Shown: positions 56,477 through 64,000 of the stretch, in pieces
Position numbering within the stretch: position 1 is the stretch's first letter
How the letters are laid out: each line of letters starts with the position of its first letter
Assembly: GCF_009914755.1 (NCBI RefSeq)
Contig: NC_060935.1
Length of the DNA: 64,000 nt
Origin: the human T2T-CHM13v2.0 reference genome, Homo sapiens
Reading direction: 5' to 3' (one strand)
Program-made: the position numbers and the translations under genes
Notes under the pieces: model-generated
What the model was told of the DNA's origin: nothing
The model's input: the letters and a program-made list of their open reading frames with translations, nothing else
Databases searched by the model: none

Positions 56477-57656
56477 TAATTTGCAAATATAATTACTGGT
56501 ACTTTAATAATCCTTTAAAACTGTTTTAACTCTATTATTACATTTTTATTTAATGTATTTGAGTACATTATTCAGCAGATTGTTCCACTGAGCCAATAAT
56601 TTACTTCATTTAAAGTACCACAGAACAATAAGTAGTTCATTATAAGAACTCAGTTAATGGTATTTATCATCACTGTTGACGTTATAAGCCCCCTACTTTC
56701 ATATTGGTATTATTTTATGTTCGTGTTATTTGTTTAGATTTAATGATGTGTTTACCAATTTCTTTACTCAACATTTATGTTGTCATCATGGAAATTTCCT
56801 GTGAAATAATTCTTTCTTCTTTTAGTTGATTTTTTATAAGTGAGTTGAGTGTAATCTTGGTAATCTCTTGATCTTTATCCATCTGAGTTTCTCTTTAAAA
56901 AAATCCTGTTGAGTAAAATATTCCTTGGTTACAGAACGTATTTACTTTCTCAGCAGTTTGCAATTATTCTCTTCTCCTTTTTCTACCATCCCTTTTGTTG
57001 TGACATCTGTGTTTTTTGTTGTTCATCTTATAATGCTTGATGTTCTTTAGTTTCACAGGAGTTTCAGTGCATATTTTTATTTTCCCTAATGAGCATATTT
57101 TATGTTCCTGTATCTGAAGACTCCTTTTCAGTGTTCTCAAAATTATTCATTGTTTTTTCTAATATAGATGTTTTTTATTCATTGCATTTTCTCCATTTGA
57201 GAATCTCATTAAAAGTGAATTGAACAGATAATATATTGTTGTTGTTGTTGTTTAGAACTCTTTGTTTTCTCTCCCTCTCATCTAGATTCCACTTACTAAT
57301 TACCTCTATAGCTTTGTTCAGAATTCTATTTAATCCCTCCAATGAGTTTTTATTTTCAGTGATAACGGTTTGTTGCTTTTTAAAAAAATATTTTAAATCT
57401 GAATTAGATTTTTTAAAATTATAGTTATATTTTAACTATTATTTTATTTGTTAATGTTTTCAACACAGTATTCATATCATCATAAATTATATTCAATATC
57501 AGTGTTTAATTCTGCTACTTGTTTTAATGCAAAGCCTAGCTCACAGTGTTTTGGTTTTGGTTTATGTTTAGAAAATTTTGATTGGAAATGCATACAAATA
57601 AAGTAAAAATCAATAATAATGCATATTTAGAAATAAGACATTTTTCATTTGCCTGA

Positions 57657-58024
57657 TGTATTTAGTCCATTCTCACGCTACTATAAAGAACTGCCCAAGC
57701 CTGGGTAATTTATAAAGGAAAGAGTTTTAATTGACTCACAGTTCAGGGTCACTGGGAAGGCCTCAGAAAACTTACAGTCATGGTGGAAGGGGAAGCAAAC
57801 ACTCCCTTCTTCACAAGGGGGCAGGAAGGAGAAGAATGAGAGCCAAATGAAGGGGGAAGCCCCTTATAAAACCATCAGATCTCATGAGAACTTACTACCA
57901 TGTATGGGTGACACTGGCCCCATGATTCAGTTACCTCCCACTGGGTCTCTTCCACAACATGTGGAGATTATGGAAACTACATTTCAAGATGAGATTTGGG
58001 TGGGGACACAGCCAAACCACATCA
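57657..58024 (-). mobile_element. THE1 (C-like) MaLR solo LTR
   Basis: tgtatttagtccattctc...gggacacagccaaaccacatca; TSD CCTGA at 57652-57656 and 58025-58029. Confidence 0.93.
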
Positions 58025-59705
58025 CCTGATGGCCTACGTGCAGGCCAGTTCTATACATAAATTACCCTAAATTTACATAATTCTCAGAAAGATGAAGAAT
58101 ATCCAAGTGTGATGCCTTGTTATTGTTTGTGGCTCTCTCAATCTGATGTTTATTCAAATATTTACGTTTTTCAATATTTGCACATGTGCTTTTGTAACTA
58201 TAGGAACACAATAAAAATACTCTTTTTTATTAATCTCACAATTTTATATATCAATGGTTTATATAATTGCATTTTGGATTCTGCCTATTATGACAATTTT
58301 TACTTTATTTATCTAAATACATAAAAATCTTGAGATTCATTAGAGAAAATATAGCCTTTCTTTAAATTTATTTGAGTTAGGATTCCCAGGCAAGATGGCC
58401 GAATAGGAACAGCTCTGGTCTGCAGCTCCCAGCAAGACCAATGCAGAAGGTGGATGATTTCTGCATTTCCAACTGAGGTACCCAGTTCATGTCGCTGGGA
58501 TGGGTTAGACAGTGGGTGCAGCCCATGGAAGGCGAGAAGAAGCAGGGTGGGGCGTTGCCTCACCCAGGAAGCTCAAGGGGTCAGGGAACTCTTCCTCCTA
58601 GCCAAGGGAAGCTGTGAGGGACTGTGCCCTGAGGGACGGTGCTATCTGGCCCAGATACTAGGCTTTTCCCACTGTCTACACAACCCACAAACCAGGAGAT
58701 TAACTCCAGTGCCTACACCACAAAGGCTCTGCTTTAAAGCACAAAACTGGGCGACCATTTGGGCAGACACTGAGCTAGCTGCAGGAGTTATTTTTGGTAC
58801 CACAGTGGTGCCTAAAATGCCAGCAAAACAGAACCATTTCCATTTTCCCCTGGAAAGAAGGCTGAAGCCAGGGAGCCAAGTGGTCTCGCTCAGCGGATCC
58901 CAGCCCCACGGAGCCCAGCAAGCTAAAATCTACTGGCCTGAAATTCACGCAGCCAGCACAGCACTCTGAAGTCGACCTGGGATACTCGAGCTTGGTGGGG
59001 AAAGGGGCATCCACCATTACTGAGGCTTGAGTAGGCAGTTTTCCCCTCACAGTGTAAAGAAAGCCACTGGGAAGTTCAGACTGGGCAGAGCCCATTGCAG
59101 TGCCTCAAAGCCTCTGAAGCCAGACTCCCTCTCTAGATTCCTCCTCTCTGGGCAGGGCATCTCTGAAAGAAAAGTAGCAGCCCCAGTCAGGGGCTTATAG
59201 ATAAAACTCCCATCTCCCTGAGGTAGAGCACCTGGGGGAAGGGACAGCTGTGGGTGCAGCTTCAGCAGACTTAAATGTTCCTGCCTGCCAGATCTGAAGA
59301 GAGCAGCGGATCTCTCAGCACAGAGCTCGAGACTGCCTCCCCAAGTGGGTCCCTGACCCCCATGCCTCCTGACTGGGAGACACCTCCCAGCAGGGGTCAA
59401 TAGACACCTCTTACAGGAGAGCTCCGACAGTCATCTGGTGGGCGCTCCTCTGGGATGAAGCTTCAAGAGCAGGGAGCAGGCAGCAATCTTTGCTGTTCCG
59501 CAGCCTCCACTGGTGATACCCAGGCAAACAAGGTCTGCAGTGGACACTCAGCAAACTCCAGCAGACCTGCAGAAGAGGGGCCTGACTGTTAGAAGGAAAA
59601 TTAACAAAGAGAAAGCAATAGGATCAACATCAACAAAAAGGCCACGCAAAAACTCCATCCAAAGGTCACCAACAGCAAAGATCAAAGGTAGATAAATCCA
59701 TGAAG

Positions 59706-60734
59706 ATGAGGAAAAACCAGCACAAAAAGGCTGAAAATTCCAAAAACCAGAATACCTCTCTTCCTCCAAAGGAACACAACTCCTCGCCAGCGAGGGAACA
59801 AAATTGGACCGAGAATGAGTTTGACGAATTGACATAAGTAGCCTTCGGAAGTAGGTAATAACAAACTCCTCCGAGCTCAAGGACAATGTTCTAACCCAAT
59901 GAAAGGAAGTTAAGAACCTTGAAAAAACGTTAGACGTATTGCTAACTAGAATAACCAGTTCAGAGAAGAGCATAAATGATCCAATGGAGCTGAAAAACAC
60001 AGCACAAAAACTTCATGAAGCATACACAAGTATCAGTAGCCGAATTGATCAAGCAAAAAACAGGATATCCGAGATTGAAGATCAGCTTAATGAAATATAG
60101 TGTGAAGACAAGATTAGAAAACAAAGAATGAAAAGGAATGAACAAAGCCTCCAAGAAATATGGGACTATGTGAGTAGACCCAACCCATGATTGATTGGTG
60201 TACCTGAAAGTGATGGGGAAAATGGGAACAAGTTGGAAAACACACTTCAGGAAATTTATTATCCAGGAGAACTTCCCCAACCTAGCAAGACAGGCCAACA
60301 TTCAAATTCAGGAAATACAGAGAACACCAAAAAGATACTCCTTGAGAAGAGCAGTCCCAAGACACAAACTCGTCAGATTCACCAAGGTTGAAATGAAGGA
60401 AAAAATGGAAAGGGCAGCCAGAGAGAAAGGACGGGTAACCCACAAAGGGAAGCCCATCAGACTAAGAGGAGATCTCTCAGTAGAAACCCTACAAGCCAGA
60501 AGAGAGTGGAGGACAATATTCAACATTCTTAAAGAAAAGAATTTTCAACCCAGAATTTCATACCCGGCCAAACTAAGCTTCATAAGTGAAGGAGAAATAA
60601 AATCCTTTACAGACAAGCAAATGCTGAGAGATCTTGTCACCACCAGGCCTGCCTTACAAGCACTCTTGAAGGAAGCACTAAATATGGAAAGCAAAACCCA
60701 CTACCAACCACTGCAAAAAGAAGCCAAAGTGTAA
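59706..60734 (+). pseudogene. L1 ORF1p remnant
   Basis: QEIQRTP, AAREKG, ARREW, YPAKLSF motifs; 5' half broken by stops and frameshifts. Confidence 0.93.
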
Positions 60735-60793
60735 GACCACCCACACTATGAAAAAACTGCATCAAGTAATGGGCAAAATAACTAGCTAGCATC

Positions 60794-63700
60794 ATAACAG
60801 GATCAAATTCACACATGACAATATTAACCTTAAATGTAAACAGGCTAAATGTCCCAATTAAAATGCACATACTGGCAAACTGGATAGAGTCAAGACCCAT
60901 TAGTGTACTGTATTCAGGAGACCAGGAGACCCATCTCTCATGTAAAGACACACATAGGCTCAAAATAAAGGGATGGAGGAAGATTTACCAAACAAATGGA
61001 AAGCAAAAAAAAAGCAGGGGTTGCAATCCTAGTTTCTCACAAAACAGACTTTAAACCCACAAAGATCAAAAAAGACAAAGAAGGGCATTATATAATGGTA
61101 AAGGGATCAATGCAACCAGAAGAGCTAACTATCCTAAATATATATGCACCCAATCTAGGAACACACAGATTCATAAAGCAAGTCCTTAGAGACCTACAAA
61201 GAGACTTAGACTCCCACACCATAATAACAGAAGACTTCAACAACCCACTATCAACATTAGAGAGAGCAATGAAACATAAAATTAACAAGGATATTCAGGA
61301 CTTTGAAATCAGCTCTAAAACAAGCAAAGCTAATAGACATCTACAGAACTCTCCACCCCAAATCAACAAAATATACATTCTTCTCAGCACCACATAGCAC
61401 TTATTCTAAAATCAAACCCATAATTGGAAGTAAAACATGCCTCAAAAGAACAGAAATCGTAACAGTCTCTCAGACCACATTTCAATTAAATTAGAACTCA
61501 GGATTAAAAAACTAACTCAAAAACACACAACTACATGGAAACTGAACAACCTGCTCCTTAATGACTACTGGGTAAATAATGAAATTAAGCGAGAAATAAA
61601 TAAGTTATTTGAAACATTGAAACCAATGAGAATAAAGATACAACATACCAGAATCTCTGGGACACAGCTAAAGCAGTGTATAGAGGGAAATTTATACCAA
61701 TAAATGCCCATAGGAGAAAGCAGGAAAGATCTAAAATCGACATCCTAACATCACAATTTAAAAAACTAGAGAACCAAGAGTAAACAAATTCAAAAGCTAG
61801 CAGAAGACAAGAAGTAACTAAGATCAGAGCAGAACTAAAGAAGATAGAGACACAAAAACCCTTCAAAAAAAAAAATCAATGAATTCAGGAGCTGGTTTTC
61901 TGAAAAGATTAACAATAAATAGACTGCTAGCCAGACGAATAGAGAAGAATTAAATAGACACAATAAAAGAAGATAAAGGGGATCTCACCACTGATCCCAC
62001 AGAAATATAAACTTACCATCAGAGAATACTATAAACACTGCCACGCAAATAAACTAGAAAATCTAGAAGAAATAGATAAATTCATGGACACATACACCCT
62101 CCCAAAACTAAACCAGGAAGAAGTCGAATCCCTGAATAGACCAATAACAATTTCTGAAATTGAGGCAGTAATTAATAGCCTACCAACCAAAAAAAGCCCA
62201 GGACCAGACGGATTCATGGCCGAATTGTACCAGAGGAACAAAGAGGAGCTGGTACCATTCCTTTGAAACTATTCCAAACAATGGAAAAAGGCCTCCTCCC
62301 TAACTCAATTTATGAGGCCAGCATCATCCTGACACCAAAACCTGGCAGAGACACAAAAAAAGAAAATTTCAGGCCAATATCCCTGATGAACACTGATGCA
62401 AAAATCCTCAATGAAATACTGGCAAACCGAATCCAGCAGCAAACTAAAAAGCTTATCCACCATGATCGAGTCAGCTTCATCCCTGGGATGCAAGAGTGGT
62501 TCAACATATGCAAATCAATAAATGTAATCCTTCCCATAAACAGAACCAATGACAAAAACCACACGATAATCTCAACAGATGCAGAAAAGGCCTTTGATAA
62601 AATTCAACACTCCTTCATGCTAAAAACACTTAATAAACTAGGTATTAATAAAACACATCTCAAAATAATAACAGCTATTTATGGCAAACTCACAGCCAAT
62701 ACCATACTGAATGGGCAAAAGCTAGAAGCATTCCCTTTGAAAACCGGCACAAGATAAGGATGCCCTCTCTCAATACTCCTATTCAACATGGAATTAGAAT
62801 TTCTGGCCAGGGCAATCAGGCAAGAGAAAGAAATAAAGCGTATTCAAATAGGAAGATAGGAAGTCAAATTGTCTCTGTTTGCAGATGACATGATTGTATG
62901 TTTAGAAAACCCCTTCATCTCAGCCCAAAAACTCCTTAAGCAGATAAGCAACTTCAGCAAGGTCTCTGGATATAAAATCAATGTGCAAAAATCACAATCA
63001 TTCCTATATACCAAAAATAGACAAACAGAGAGCCAAACCATGAACAAACTCCCATTCACAGTTGCTACAAAGAGAATTAAATACCTAGGAATACAACTTA
63101 CAAGGGATGTGAAGGACCTCTTTAAGGAGAACTACAAACCACTGCTCAAGGAAATAAGAGAGGACACAAACAAATGGAATAACATTCCATGCTCATGGGT
63201 AGGAAGAATCAATATTGTGAAAATGGCCATACTGCCCAAAGTAATTTATAGATTCAATGCTATTCCCATCAAGCTACCACTGACACAGAATTAGAAAAAA
63301 CTTCACAGAATTAGAAAAAACTACTTTACATTTCATATGAAACCAAACAAGAGCCTGCATGCCAAGACAATCCTAAGCAAAAAGAACAAAGCTGGAGGCA
63401 ACACGTTACTTGACTTCAAACTATACTACAAGGCTACAGTAACCAAAACAGCATGGTACTGGGACCAAAACAGATATATAGACCAATGGAACAGAAATAA
63501 CGGCCCACATCTACAACCATTTTATCTGTGACAAACCTGACAAAAACAAGCAATGAGGAAAGAATTCCCTATTTAATAAATGGTGTTGGGAAAACTGGCT
63601 AGCTATATGCAGAAAGCTGAAACTGGACTGCTTCATTACACCTTATACAAAAATTAACTCAAGCTGGATTACAGATTTAAACATAAGACCTAAAACCATA

Positions 63701-64000
63701 AAAACCCTAGAAGAAAACCTAGGCAATACCATTCAGGACATAGGCATGGGCAAGACTTCACGACGAAAACACCAAAAGCAATGGCAACAAAAGCCAAGTT
63801 GACAAATGGGATCTAGTTAAACTACAGAGCATCTGCACGGCAAAAGAAACTATCATCAGAGTGAAGAGGCAACCTACTGAATGGGAGAAAATTATTGCAA
63901 TCTATCCATTAGATAGATTGACAAAGGGATAATATCCAGAACCTACAAGGAACTTAAACAAATTTGCAAGAAAAAAACAACGTGGGCAAAGGATATGAAC
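60794..64000 (+). pseudogene. L1 ORF2p remnant (endonuclease, RT), start codon ATG>ATA
   Basis: [63 protein letters not shown]; many stops and frameshifts. Confidence 0.95.

Larger units (their letters stand above)
58380..64000 (+). mobile_element. 5'-complete L1PA7/8-like LINE-1, inactive, continuing past the window end
   Basis: caagatggccgaataggaacagctc (YY1 site) start; ~1.3-kb 5' UTR; ORF1 and ORF2 remnants. Confidence 0.96.

Noticed and set aside
58380-64000. Retrotransposition-competent L1
   Set aside because: ORF1 has stops, the ORF2 start is ATA and ORF2 is fragmented

Overview
AT-rich, CpG-depleted, repeat-dense DNA from a catarrhine primate (AluJ/S/Y, L1PA, THE1/MST, ERV1). I recognise no host protein-coding exon, tRNA, rRNA or CRISPR array. 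There are two large elements. The first is a complete but defective minus-strand ERV1 provirus at 9840-20171, with two LTRs, a TTAG target-site duplication (TSD), a tRNA-Pro primer-binding site and gag-pro-pol-env; it resembles the HUERS-P3/LTR9-MER61 group. The second is a 5'-complete, disabled L1PA7/8-like LINE-1 from ~58380 that runs off the window end. The remainder is Alus, solo LTRs, MaLR LTRs, old L1M/L2/MIR and DNA-transposon relics. Most notable: (1) an open 68-codon ORF with two hydrophobic segments between pol and env, bracketed by splice-like signals (candidate accessory gene); (2) a clean deletion of the RT LPQG-YxDD core; (3) a unique CpG-retaining, promoter/first-exon-like element at ~46.6-46.9 kb containing a GAGY5 array that matches the AAV Rep-binding consensus; (4) two templated-insertion repair scars, one datable to before a THE1 insertion. 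Subfamily names come from recalled consensus sequences, not from a search, and the boundaries of old repeats are approximate.
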